Origin: a virus
Taxonomy: Duplodnaviria > Caudoviricetes
Direction: 5' to 3' (one strand)
Length of the DNA stretch: 38,046 nucleotides
Virus record (IMG/VR): IMGVR_UViG_3300020045_008411
Span: 1 to 38,046 of that record
Below the pieces are notes generated by a model that was not told where the DNA came from, did not search any database, and was given only the letters and a program-made list of their open reading frames with translations. This document shows positions 1 to 8,622 of the stretch, piece after piece. Both the position numbers and the translations under genes were made by a program. Every line of letters begins with the position of its first letter. Position 1 is the first letter of the stretch.

Positions 1-52
1 GTGGTTAATCCATAGATTAACCTTAACTCAGTGGTAAGCTAAGGCCGTAGCC

Positions 53-367
53 CTAGGCATCGAGCATCCTGTAGGAAGCGGCGTGGCCTCGTCCTTCCGG
101 GCTGGTCTTGAACTCCTCCCACAAGGTGCGCTTGGCTTCGCCGATTGTGTTCAGCAGGCGGATGCGCTGCAAGAGGGTGAAGCGCCCGAGGTGATAGCCT
201 AGGGAATAGCAGCCCTTGTTCTCGCGGATCATCCGTGATTCAGCAAAGAGCCGACCATTAGTGGAATCGCTGATTCCTGCCTCCAAAGCACTGTTGCGCA
301 TGTTTTCTCCGGCTCCGATGGCGAGAGCCCATGCAGATAGAGCGGCTTCGTTACGCGTGAATTTCAT
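53..367 (-). CDS. Hypothetical cassette protein, 104 aa
   Basis: ATG with GGAGAC RBS, downstream of module 1. Confidence 0.8.
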   Translation of the reverse strand: MKFTRNEAALSAWALAIGAGENMRNSALEAGISDSTNGRLFAESRMIRENKGCYSLGYHLGRFTLLQRIRLLNTIGEAKRTLWEEFKTSPEGRGHAASYRMLDA

Positions 368-485
368 GACTGTGTCTCCGTTTTCGATGTTTTGCTTTCG
401 CAGATACTATCGATTCGGGCAAGCAGATAATCCACCACAAACTAACATCGGTTAACCTTAACGATGGGTGTTCGAAAATTAGGGA

Positions 486-704
486 TTAGCTCTTTCGAGC
501 CAATCCCCTTGCCGTCAAAGCGGCGGCCAATCGGGTCCATTCTTCCACGGTGTTATTCCACGAGCCGATATTGAGGGCGCGGATCATGTTGTTGAAGGGG
601 ACAGAACCGACCTGCCGGACATAGTTTGCCGCTTGGCGGTCAATCTCAGCCTGCGAAGCGCCGCGTCCGAGGGCGCGAGCGATAGCATCCTTCTTGCTGA
701 TCAT
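486..704 (-). CDS. Hypothetical protein, 72 aa
   Basis: ATGA overlap with the upstream gene. Confidence 0.75.
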   Translation of the reverse strand: MISKKDAIARALGRGASQAEIDRQAANYVRQVGSVPFNNMIRALNIGSWNNTVEEWTRLAAALTARGLARKS

Positions 705-871
705 ACCGTGATCTCCACGATCAAATAGGTGGATTCGAAGGGATCGAGAGCGACGCCAAGAATTTCTTCGTTGTCCTCAACCAGCAAGGCGGCCGTATTG
801 GTCGCATAGAAAATGTCCTTCGCTTCCACAAGGAAAGCGCGGTGGGTGGTAGTGATCTTGAAATGGTTCAT
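701..871 (-). CDS. Hypothetical protein, 56 aa (MNHFKITT...)
   Basis: Start corrected to the ATG after the GGAGAC RBS. Confidence 0.75.
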   Translation of the reverse strand: MNHFKITTTHRAFLVEAKDIFYATNTAALLVEDNEEILGVALDPFESTYLIVEITV

Positions 872-1003
872 CTTGCTGTCTCCGTTTCGATGATTCGTTT
901 TCACATATTCCACCGATTCGGTCAAGCAGTTAATCCACATTTATTCCAGTAATGGTGAACGTATCTTATCTGGTAGTTAACCTTAACGAAAAAGGTCTTG
1001 CTG

Positions 1004-1204
1004 TTAACCAGCCTCCCATGGTTCGATATGGTCGCAGTTTGTGGGGAAGTCTGACTCCTCGCTTGCCCAGAGGTCGCCGCCTGCCATGTGACAGCCTTGG
1101 GCGATCAGGCGAGGGCCTTCGCGGGGTGTGCTGATTGTGCTAAGGGCAAAGCCTAGAAGCAGGCCGACAACTACAGCTAGAACAAGGGCGGTACGTGTGA
1201 ACAC
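1004..1204 (-). CDS. Small protein with N-terminal TM/signal segment, 66 aa
   Basis: GTG start after GGAGA RBS; hydrophobic ALVLAVVVGLLLGFAL. Confidence 0.75.
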   Translation of the reverse strand: MFTRTALVLAVVVGLLLGFALSTISTPREGPRLIAQGCHMAGGDLWASEESDFPTNCDHIEPWEAG

Positions 1205-1356
1205 AAGCTAATCTCCGTTTTCGATGATTCGCTTTTCACGTACTCCACCGATTCGGTCAAGCAGTTATTCCACCGCACGATGGTTAATAACTGGTCCCTT
1301 TCGGTTAACCTTAACAAATCTAACTGGTCAAAGAAAAAAGGGCCGAAGCCCTTTTC

Positions 1357-1596
1357 TCAGTGGCCGTAGTTGCAGCCGATCCAGTAGGTGCGGCCGTCGA
1401 TCAGATAGTTCATATCGACCGAGCCGCAGCAGCCGGAATCGGCCTTGTATCCGTAAGCCCGGAATGCTTCGTCGTCGTCTTCGAACGCCTCGCGGAAGTT
1501 ATCCTGATACTGCTCATCCTGCATGTAGTCGTTGAAAAGGTCGCGTGCCTCTTCGATGGAGGTGGCCGGGGTCGCGGGGCGAGTGGTGCGGCACAT
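1357..1596 (-). CDS. Acidic hypothetical protein, 79 aa
   Basis: Start corrected (AGGAGA RBS); ends at a terminator. Confidence 0.75.
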   Translation of the reverse strand: MCRTTRPATPATSIEEARDLFNDYMQDEQYQDNFREAFEDDDEAFRAYGYKADSGCCGSVDMNYLIDGRTYWIGCNYGH

Positions 1597-1784
1597 GGTA
1601 TTTCTCCTTGGGAGGATGGAAGGTATGCCCAAGTATTAGTAGTCTCCTCGACATAACGCAAGCACTTATTCCACCAACTCGCAGATGGATGGTTAACAAC
1701 CTTGCCGTTTTTGTTAAGGTTAACCCGCAGTTACCTCAGGAAAAATGGTTAACGGGGAGCCTGTCCCCGTTAACCTCTTTCCTA

Positions 1785-2117
1785 TCAGGCCGGGTTCGCC
1801 CGGCGGTAGAGATATTCCATGCTTTCGTTGTCGCTGTAATCAGCGATCAATTCATCGCCGGGGCCGTTCTGATAAACCAGATACAGGCTGCCCATCTTCT
1901 TGCCTTCCTTGTCGCTGATTTGCAGGCTATCTGCGCCGGTGGTGGCGAGAGCGTCGATGATTTCGTTGAAGTCGGTGGAACGCTTTACAGTCCATTCCTC
2001 CCCGTCGTTTACGCTCACAGTCCATTCAGAGGTGAGGGCGGCGCGCACAAGGCGGCGCGCAACGGCGGCTTCTTCTGTACCGGCGTAGCGGTCGAGGCAG
2101 GTGTTCTTATCGGTCAT
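1785..2117 (-). CDS. Hypothetical protein, 110 aa
   Basis: GGAGAC RBS, module upstream, hairpin downstream. Confidence 0.8.
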   Translation of the reverse strand: MTDKNTCLDRYAGTEEAAVARRLVRAALTSEWTVSVNDGEEWTVKRSTDFNEIIDALATTGADSLQISDKEGKKMGSLYLVYQNGPGDELIADYSDNESMEYLYRRANPA

Positions 2118-2226
2118 GGTCGGTCTCCGTTGTTGGTGATTCGTTTATGGCTGGTTCCACCGATTCGGTCAAGCAGTTATTCCACCGCGCTTGCATTTTC
2201 TTGGTTAACACCAGCCTCAGATCGTG

Positions 2227-2247
2227 TTAACCTTAACGGCGGTTTAA
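2227..2247. promoter_or_regulatory. CtrA-like binding box (representative; one per cassette)
   Basis: TTAA-cggcggt-TTAA at 2233-2247. Perfect TTAA-N7-TTAA also at 7412, 14924 and 20823; TTAA-N7-TTAC/TTAG in many other modules. Matches the established CtrA consensus TTAA-N7-TTAA(C). Confidence 0.7.
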
Positions 2248-2277
2248 TGAAAAAGGAAAGAGGCCGAAGCCTCTTTC

Positions 2278-2496
2278 TCAGTAGCCGTTTTTGAGCGCCC
2301 ATTCTTCGATTTCGTCGAGCGTGGCTTGGTTGATTCGAATCGGCTTGCCGAGGGCGTTAAGTTCGTCAAACTCGCCCATATCTTGCAACAGAGCGAGGCT
2401 GTTGCAGGCGTTGTCCTTGGTGATGTAGCAATTGACGCCGGGGCGGTCGTCGTTCGGCACCAGTTCGCATTCAAAGCCATTGATGATTCGGCGCAT
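2278..2496 (-). CDS. Hypothetical protein, 72 aa
   Basis: Coupled to the upstream gene; ends at a terminator. Confidence 0.75.
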   Translation of the reverse strand: MRRIINGFECELVPNDDRPGVNCYITKDNACNSLALLQDMGEFDELNALGKPIRINQATLDEIEEWALKNGY

Positions 2497-2906
2497 TAGA
2501 CTTTTCCTCCTGCCGCTAGGCCTTTGATTCGTTTTCCGTTTTCGTAGATGATGACACCGACTCCGGGGTCTTTTCCGTCGCTCACTTCGTCTTCATAAAG
2601 TCTTATCGCGGACCAGAGGTCAGGCGCGGGTATTCCCACCGATTCAGGCCAGTCGCGGTAAGAGGTGCCCGCTGCGCCGTAATAATTCCATTCGTCGTAA
2701 GCATTACGCGCCGGGCGGCGTTTCTTGATGGTGATTTGCGTCGTACCCATACCGCTATGCATCTCGATCCGGCGTGTCGGGAAACGCTTGGCGAGCAAGC
2801 GCATTTCGTGTTCGAACACGCCTTCAAGCGCCGATTCGACTCCGGCGTGAGCCTTTGCGAAAAGGTCTAACTGATAGCCGAAATATTCGTGGTTGGTCGG
2901 GATCAT
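2496..2906 (-). CDS. Hypothetical protein, 136 aa (MIPTNHEY...)
   Basis: ATGA overlap with the ArfA-like gene; GGAGGG RBS. Confidence 0.75.
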   Translation of the reverse strand: MIPTNHEYFGYQLDLFAKAHAGVESALEGVFEHEMRLLAKRFPTRRIEMHSGMGTTQITIKKRRPARNAYDEWNYYGAAGTSYRDWPESVGIPAPDLWSAIRLYEDEVSDGKDPGVGVIIYENGKRIKGLAAGGKV

Positions 2907-3037
2907 TCCGCGTCCCTCCCCTTGTGCTTGGGTGTGCGGCGAAACGCACCCTTGCCCTTGCGGGCGCGTACCTTGCGAGGCGCGAGGTGCGCGCTGGCGA
3001 GCGAGGCGGCGATCGGGTTCTGGCGGATGTTTTGCAT
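2903..3037 (-). CDS. ArfA-like (alternative ribosome-rescue factor A) small protein, 44 aa
   Basis: Not in the ORF track. Hand translation MQNIRQNPIAASLASAHLAPRKVRARKGKGAFRRTPKHKGRDAE matches the ArfA pattern N-x-I-x-A-x-L...KGKGS(Y/F)xRxxKH. Has a GGAGAC RBS and is the first gene of its cassette. Confidence 0.75.
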   Translation of the reverse strand: MQNIRQNPIAASLASAHLAPRKVRARKGKGAFRRTPKHKGRDAE

Positions 3038-3199
3038 GGTCTGTCTCCGTTGGTGATTCGTTTCTAGGACATGCAACCGATTTGGTCAAGCAGTTATTCC
3101 ACGCCTTATCTGATTTCATTGGTTAATGTTGCCGGCCGGTTTTGTTAACCTTAACGCCGGGTTACCGACAAGAAAAGAGGGGCTGTGAGCCCCTCTCAG

Positions 3200-3397
3200 T
3201 CACTTGGCGCGCAGCGCGCGGGCATAGCGGCTATGTCGATTAAACGCGCTCTCCAGCAGGCTCAGATGGGGCCTGTAGTTGGGTTCCGATCGATCAACCC
3301 CCATGATATCGTAATGGTAGCGATTGGCAGCGGCCTGATGTTCTCCCGCTGTCCAATTTGCTTCGGGACCGGCGGGGAAGGGGAAGGGGTGTGACAC
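3200..3397 (-). CDS. Hypothetical protein, 65 aa
   Basis: GTG start after AGGAGAC RBS. Confidence 0.7.
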   Translation of the reverse strand: MSHPFPFPAGPEANWTAGEHQAAANRYHYDIMGVDRSEPNYRPHLSLLESAFNRHSRYARALRAK

Positions 3398-3652
3398 GGT
3401 CTGTCTCCTGTTGCAAAAATGGCGGGCTAACGTGAGCTAGGCCTTTCGGGTTCACTCAGCGCCTCCTCCCCTCCTCCCCGTCATCGAGAGGCCCGCCGGA
3501 GGGGTCATGTCCATTTCTGTCTAGGGTGATTCGCTGATTAGGTCAAGCAGTTATTCCACCAGTTGCTAGATTAGCAGTTAACAAACCCCAGCCGCTCGTT
3601 AACCTTAACGCTACGTTAGAAGGTAAAAGAAAAGGGGCCTAAGCCCCTTCCC

Positions 3653-3811
3653 TCAAACCCGCGCCTTGCTGGAAAGGCATCCGATCACATCAACCCGGCA
3701 GCGGGTCATGCCCTTGGCGCGCTTTACCGCTTGGCGGTGCGACACTGCCGACACGTTGAACGCGTGGACATTGTTGATGTAGCAAGCGAAGGTTGGCATC
3801 TGGTTGGTCAT
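3653..3811 (-). CDS. Hypothetical protein, 52 aa (MTNQMPTFACYINNVHAFNV...)
   Basis: Not in the ORF track; GGAGAC RBS; fills the cassette between promoter and terminator. Confidence 0.75.
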   Translation of the reverse strand: MTNQMPTFACYINNVHAFNVSAVSHRQAVKRAKGMTRCRVDVIGCLSSKARV

Positions 3812-3903
3812 GGTCTGTCTCCGTTTCGATGACTAAGGTCTAAACCGATTCGCCGATTCGGTCAAGCACTTATTCCACCAGTTCGGAAAACAAGTGGGCG
3901 CGA

Positions 3904-4428
3904 CTAGCGCGCCCAATAAGTCACCCCGTCAAATTCGCCGGATGTGTAGTCCTGTTGCAAGGCGCTGGCGGCAGCTTCCCAGTCGATATGACAGGCAGGC
4001 CACGGCGAGTCCTTACTGATTGCGCCGATATCCTCGGCCAACTCCTCGGCATACTCGGTAAAATAGGAGTCGCGAATGAAAGTGACCGGGAACCATGATC
4101 CCTCCCACTCGTGATCGCCGCCCGCGCCGCGAAACTGTTCGATAAACTCGCGAATCTCGTAAGCTTCCTCATCGCCGTGAAACGAATCGGTTTCGATCGA
4201 TAGCGCCTCGACCGAGTCGTCGATTTCTTCCGGGGTCAAATCCCAAAATGAGCAAAGAGCATTGATCGCGTTGCAGAGCCGTTCGCTGGCCTCCTCAGGC
4301 GCTTTTTCCTTGGCTGCGGTGTATTCTTCCACCAGCGCGGTTTGTTCGCTCTCGATCTCCTCAAGCCGTTCGATCAGGGTGCGCACGTCCAGCGAGTCGG
4401 CGCGATTGTCAGTGTCGTTATAGGCCAA
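3904..4428 (-). CDS. Acidic protein with ArdA-like C-terminal region (putative antirestriction/DNA mimic), 174 aa
   Basis: TTG start with RBS; very D/E-rich; C-terminal FTEYAEELAEDIG...IDWEAAASALQQDY resembles the ArdA (Y/C)ID(Y/W)E..ARDL motif. Confidence 0.55.
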   Translation of the reverse strand: MAYNDTDNRADSLDVRTLIERLEEIESEQTALVEEYTAAKEKAPEEASERLCNAINALCSFWDLTPEEIDDSVEALSIETDSFHGDEEAYEIREFIEQFRGAGGDHEWEGSWFPVTFIRDSYFTEYAEELAEDIGAISKDSPWPACHIDWEAAASALQQDYTSGEFDGVTYWAR

Positions 4429-4553
4429 TGGTTTGTCTCCGTTTCAACTGATTCGGTGATAGGCCAAGCAACCGATTCCGACAAGCACTTATTCCACGGT
4501 CAGGATGATTAACGCCGGCGGCCGATCGGTTAACCTTAACGGCGCGTTAGGGG

Positions 4554-4580
4554 CAAAAGAAAAGGGGCCGAAGCCCCTTC
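4554..4580 (-). terminator. Representative intrinsic terminator ending each cassette
   Basis: Minus strand AAGGGGC-TTCG-GCCCCTT followed by TTCTTTT. Similar hairpins near 1338, 2259, 3632, 5088, 7438, 8133, 8586, 9183, 10877, 13143, 13657, 14951, 15600, 18607, 19287, 20334. Confidence 0.85.
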
Positions 4581-4582
4581 GC

Positions 4583-4894
4583 TTAATCGTCGTCGCCGTC
4601 GTAGTTGTCCGGGGAGGTGCGTTCTTCTGGCCACTCGTATTGCGGCCAGTACATGATGAACGAGCGGCCTAGTTGCTCGGTGCGCGGGGCCGGTAGGTCG
4701 AGCATTTCGATGTCATAGGAGGACGCCCACGATGCCATTTGAATCGCCAAATGCCATTCGCTTGTCTCTTCACCTGATACGGCTACGCATTGCTTGCCGT
4801 ACATGGCGCGGCCTGAATATGGGCGAGGCGCAGTAATCAGCCCGCAGCTTTCCAACTGGTCGAGCAAGTCTAGGAATTTTTCGCGGGTAAGCAT
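4583..4894 (-). CDS. Hypothetical phage protein, 103 aa (YSGRAMYGKQC motif)
   Basis: Start corrected to the ATG after GGAG; ends at a terminator. Confidence 0.75.
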   Translation of the reverse strand: MLTREKFLDLLDQLESCGLITAPRPYSGRAMYGKQCVAVSGEETSEWHLAIQMASWASSYDIEMLDLPAPRTEQLGRSFIMYWPQYEWPEERTSPDNYDGDDD

Positions 4895-5108
4895 CGGTCG
4901 GCTCCATTTGTGTGTGTGTGTGGGAAGGAAGGGCCTTGCGGTCGCTCTGCCGAGTCGTAGGTGCCTTCCTTCCCAGTGATTCGACACTAGGGCCGACAAC
5001 CGATTCGGTCAAGCAGTTATTCCACGAAAAATGGTTAACACCGGCACGCGGTCGGTTAACCTTAACGCCCTGTTAGGGGCAAAAGAAAAGGGGCCGAAGC
5101 CCCTTCGC

Positions 5109-5375
5109 TTAATCTTCTGCCAGTCGGCCGACGTAGCAATATTTGTCGTATTGTTCCGGATGCAGTTCGCCATCCTTGCAAAGCGAATCGGACCAGTCGT
5201 TGAACGCTTGGCTGATCGCGACCGAATCGTCTTCGCCGTAGCTTTCCACAACCAGCGGCAGGATTTCTTCGTCGAACAACTTGCTCAGTTCGTCTTCGCT
5301 GGCAATCTGGTTGTTGTCCTCCGCGTAGCGTTCGACAAGTTCGAGCAGGTCGGCTTTATCCCAGAACCCGGTCAT
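5109..5375 (-). CDS. Highly acidic hypothetical protein, 88 aa
   Basis: TAATG coupling to the upstream peptide; ends at a terminator. Confidence 0.8.
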   Translation of the reverse strand: MTGFWDKADLLELVERYAEDNNQIASEDELSKLFDEEILPLVVESYGEDDSVAISQAFNDWSDSLCKDGELHPEQYDKYCYVGRLAED

Positions 5376-5470
5376 TACTTGCGCCCCCGTGCGATGATGG
5401 CCGACAGGAGGTCGATGCGGGCGCGCTTGGCGGCAACGCGGCGGCGGGTGTGGCGGGTGATCTTTTTCAT
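5375..5470 (-). CDS. Very basic peptide, 31 aa (MKKITRHTRRRVAAKRARIDLLSAIIARGRK)
   Basis: Not in the ORF track; GGAGAC RBS; stop overlaps the next start. Confidence 0.7.
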   Translation of the reverse strand: MKKITRHTRRRVAAKRARIDLLSAIIARGRK

Positions 5471-5627
5471 CGGTCTGTCTCCACCGCTTTATTGCGGTGA
5501 TTCGTTTCTAGGGCAGGCAACCGATTCGGTCAAGCAGTTATTCCACCAAAATAATCCTTAAGATCAGTTTAGTTGCTGTTAAGGTTAACAAAGCCTAGGG
5601 GAGAGGGAAGCGGCCGAAGCCGCTATC

Positions 5628-5882
5628 TCAGTACAGGTGAGCCATGCATTCGGGAGATGGTTCGTCTGACCAGTCGGCCCGCAGTGCGGATAATTCACCG
5701 CAAATGAATTGGCCTTCATCGATAGCGGCGCAGGATCGCTGCCCTTCCAAGGAAGCTAGGCGGGCCTCAAAAGCGTCCTTGAGCATAATAGCGGACGCAA
5801 CGTCGCGGATCGACTCGTGGGTGATATCACCAGCGGCGACAAGCTTGTGGGCATGGGCGGCGTCGAGGATTTTGATGGTCAT
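5628..5882 (-). CDS. Hypothetical protein, 84 aa
   Basis: Start corrected by RBS. Confidence 0.75.
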   Translation of the reverse strand: MTIKILDAAHAHKLVAAGDITHESIRDVASAIMLKDAFEARLASLEGQRSCAAIDEGQFICGELSALRADWSDEPSPECMAHLY

Positions 5883-6018
5883 GCGCGCTTCTCCGTTTCG
5901 ATGCCGTGGTGATAGCCGCCGCAACCGATTCGGTCAAGCACTTATTCCACAAAAAGGTAATGAGGATTAACCTTAACAACCACCTATTGGGAAAAGTAAG
6001 AGGCCGAAGCCCCTCACC

Positions 6019-6531
6019 TTAGCCGATGATCTGGAAGAGGCCCGCCACTGCCCCGTCGTCGTATACCTCTTGGAGCCGGGCGGCCATTTCCGTTTTGCTC
6101 TCGATCGGTTCAATCACCTTGACGGCAACATAGAGCCAGTAGGTGTCCCCTACGTCGGAGAGGTCGGCGAATTTGAGTTCGCATTCATCCGCCCGGTGCA
6201 GGCTGCCTTCCGCCAATTCAGCGACAAGCTGTTTCATATAGGCGGCTGCCGGTTCTTCGCCTTGTGCGATATATTGGGCGTCGTCTTTGTAGCTACGTTC
6301 GAAGCGCACAATGCGGGTCTGTGTTGTCCGTAGGTAGGTCTTGGTGGCGTCGGTAAAGCGTGCCGAGACAGACGCACCCATCGGGAGCCGCCCCAGTTCA
6401 GATTCCTTGAATACTTCGATTGTCATTTCCGGTGTACCTCCGCCGATAGGCTGGCGGGCGAGGTGCAACATGATTCGGGCTGGGTCGTTTACCGCCTTCA
6501 TGCCTTGAATTTTTAGCGTGGTCGAAATCAT
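6019..6531 (-). CDS. Hypothetical protein, 170 aa
   Basis: Start corrected by GGAGGAGAC RBS. Confidence 0.8.
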   Translation of the reverse strand: MISTTLKIQGMKAVNDPARIMLHLARQPIGGGTPEMTIEVFKESELGRLPMGASVSARFTDATKTYLRTTQTRIVRFERSYKDDAQYIAQGEEPAAAYMKQLVAELAEGSLHRADECELKFADLSDVGDTYWLYVAVKVIEPIESKTEMAARLQEVYDDGAVAGLFQIIG

Positions 6532-6651
6532 GCCTTGTCTCCTCCGCTTGTTGCGGTGATTCGTTTCTAGGATAGTCAACCGATTCGGTCAAGCACTTAT
6601 TCCACCAAACGACAAAGGGGTTAACCTTAACGAACAGTTACCAACCGGGTC

Positions 6652-6867
6652 TTACCGGTCATGCATTCCTGCCATCAGCATCCGGACGGCCAGCTTTTGC
6701 AGCGGGGAGAGCGGTTCCATCGCCAGTCCGTGGCGCTCCAGTTCGTCGATAGCTGCCCTTGTTTCTTCCTGACTGAAATAAACAGGTCTGTAGGCCAATT
6801 GGCGATAAGCTGTTTGCGTGTGTACGCGGCGCAGTTCGATCAAGGTTTCCCCGAATGTCTGTGCCAT
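6652..6867 (-). CDS. Hypothetical protein, 71 aa (MAQTFGETL...)
   Basis: TAATG coupling with the upstream gene. Confidence 0.7.
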   Translation of the reverse strand: MAQTFGETLIELRRVHTQTAYRQLAYRPVYFSQEETRAAIDELERHGLAMEPLSPLQKLAVRMLMAGMHDR

Positions 6868-7292
6868 TAGCCGTGCACCAGCGTCAGGAGGAACGCATCT
6901 ATGATGGCAGGCCATGCCTTCATGGCGATCCCACGGCCATAGAGGGTGGATTCCGCTTCTTGGCGGCTCCATGCTGCGTGGTCTCTGGGTTGGAAGCCTT
7001 CGGCCTCAAACCACCACCGCAGGGCGGTTGCGTGGTCGATCCCGTGATCGGCGATCAGGGCGGCGACTTCCGCTTCGAAGCGGGCGAGAGCGCGGGCCTC
7101 AAAAGCCGCCTCGCGCTCTTCGTTCTGACGCAAGGTTTCCTGCATCGAGGTGAACGCCGCGTCGTAATCGGCGAGGGTGACAGGCGAATGAACGCCGCCG
7201 GCACGCGGGCGGAAGCCGTAGGCGTCCTTGTGTATATCCGAATAGATATTGGCGGCTTGTTCGAGGTCCGAAAGGTCTTCCCAGCTACGCAT
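6867..7292 (-). CDS. Hypothetical phage protein, 141 aa (YSDIHKDAYGFRPR motif)
   Basis: GGAGAC RBS; module upstream. Confidence 0.8.
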   Translation of the reverse strand: MRSWEDLSDLEQAANIYSDIHKDAYGFRPRAGGVHSPVTLADYDAAFTSMQETLRQNEEREAAFEARALARFEAEVAALIADHGIDHATALRWWFEAEGFQPRDHAAWSRQEAESTLYGRGIAMKAWPAIIDAFLLTLVHG

Positions 7293-7456
7293 ATTCTGTC
7301 TCCGGCGGCTCGGTGCCGCCTCTTTCCTCTAGGAGCGACAACCGTTTAGGTCAAGCACTTTTTCCACCGATTGCGTTTTGATGGTTAACAACAAGGCCCG
7401 ATCTGTTAAGGTTAACGGGGGTTTAAGAGGAAAAGGAAAGGGCCTAAGCCCTTTCC

Positions 7457-7774
7457 CTAGCGCGAATAGGCTTCGTAAGCAGGCCACGTTTCATAGCGAA
7501 TCACCATGGCAGTGATCGGCTTTTGGCTGCCATACGGGCGGCGGGTTCCGTCGTCGTTGAGGAAGACATGCTCACCATCCTCGTACCTGTGCCCGCCCCA
7601 CATAGGCCCGCAGAGGTTAGGCAAGACAGGCTGCCCCTGCAATTCGGGGCGTAGGTGTGTTCCACCTTCCTTGCGGGCGTCCAAGTTGTAATGCTGGGCC
7701 AGTTCGTCGGCGGTCAGCAGCTTGCCGCTCAGCGGCGAGGATTCGAGCGAAACGATTTCAAACAAGGTCTGCAT
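7457..7774 (-). CDS. Hypothetical protein, 105 aa
   Basis: AAGGA RBS; ends at a terminator. Confidence 0.75.
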   Translation of the reverse strand: MQTLFEIVSLESSPLSGKLLTADELAQHYNLDARKEGGTHLRPELQGQPVLPNLCGPMWGGHRYEDGEHVFLNDDGTRRPYGSQKPITAMVIRYETWPAYEAYSR

Positions 7775-7784
7775 GGTCTGTTCC

Positions 7785-7991
7785 TTACTTAACCGCTGCG
7801 ATCAGGCCGCCGACCATTTTCACCTCGGCGAAAAATTCGCGGCCCTTCTTCGTGATATGCGGGCGATTCGCCCCCACCAGATTGCCGTCGCGGCGAAATT
7901 CTTCGCCAAACAAAGAGGTTTCGATAAAGGCGAGGGGCTGGCCGATGGCTGCCTTGAGTTCCTTCTTCGAGGCGTAATTGAAAATCAACAT
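7785..7991 (-). CDS. Hypothetical phage protein, 68 aa (MLIFNYASKKELK...)
   Basis: Start corrected by RBS. Confidence 0.8.
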   Translation of the reverse strand: MLIFNYASKKELKAAIGQPLAFIETSLFGEEFRRDGNLVGANRPHITKKGREFFAEVKMVGGLIAAVK

Positions 7992-8157
7992 GGTCTGTCT
8001 CCGTTGCGATGATTCGTTCTCGCATACGCAACCGATTCGGTCAAGCAGATAATCCACCGCGCTTCGAATTTTGATAGTTACCAAAAGGGAGAAGTATGTT
8101 AACCCTAACAGATTGTTTCCCTTAAAAAGCAAGAGGCCGAAGCCCCTTGCTCTCAGA

Positions 8158-8451
8158 TCAGTCGTCGTCGCTCTCGTCGAAGTCTTCGGTCAAGTAGCAC
8201 GAGTGTTGCGTAGGCGAAAACTGGATTGACATGGAAGGCGAAAGAGAAAGTTCCGGCATATCGGCGCTGTATACTTCGCCGGTCATGTGAATCCCATCGC
8301 CGATTTCTTGGCGGCGGTTGCTAAATTCAAGCCCGGTCGTCGAACCGATGCTGCCCGTCAGTTCGTTCGCCTTTGCGTTTGCTTCCTCTTCGGTCTCTGC
8401 GAGAATGTAGAGCGAGGCTGCAATCGTTACTTCGGTCTGGAAAAGCTTCAA
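8158..8451 (-). CDS. Hypothetical protein, 97 aa
   Basis: TTG start after AGGAGAC RBS. Confidence 0.7.
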   Translation of the reverse strand: MKLFQTEVTIAASLYILAETEEEANAKANELTGSIGSTTGLEFSNRRQEIGDGIHMTGEVYSADMPELSLSPSMSIQFSPTQHSCYLTEDFDESDDD

Positions 8452-8622
8452 TGTTTGTCTCCTGCCGGTTGCTTCCGGTGGTTCGTTACTAGGGGAAGCA
8501 ACCGATTCGGTCAAGCAGATAATCCATCAATGGTTACTATGGGCGTCCACCCGGTTAACCTTAACAACCCGTTACGATAAAAGGAAAGGGGCCGAAGCCC
8601 CTTACCAGTCAGGTCGGTGTGC

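Noticed and set aside
3440-3500. Hammerhead ribozyme (CTGAGTGA...GAAA)
   Set aside because: The core does not match CUGANGA and the GAAA lies in a tetraloop rather than the catalytic junction.
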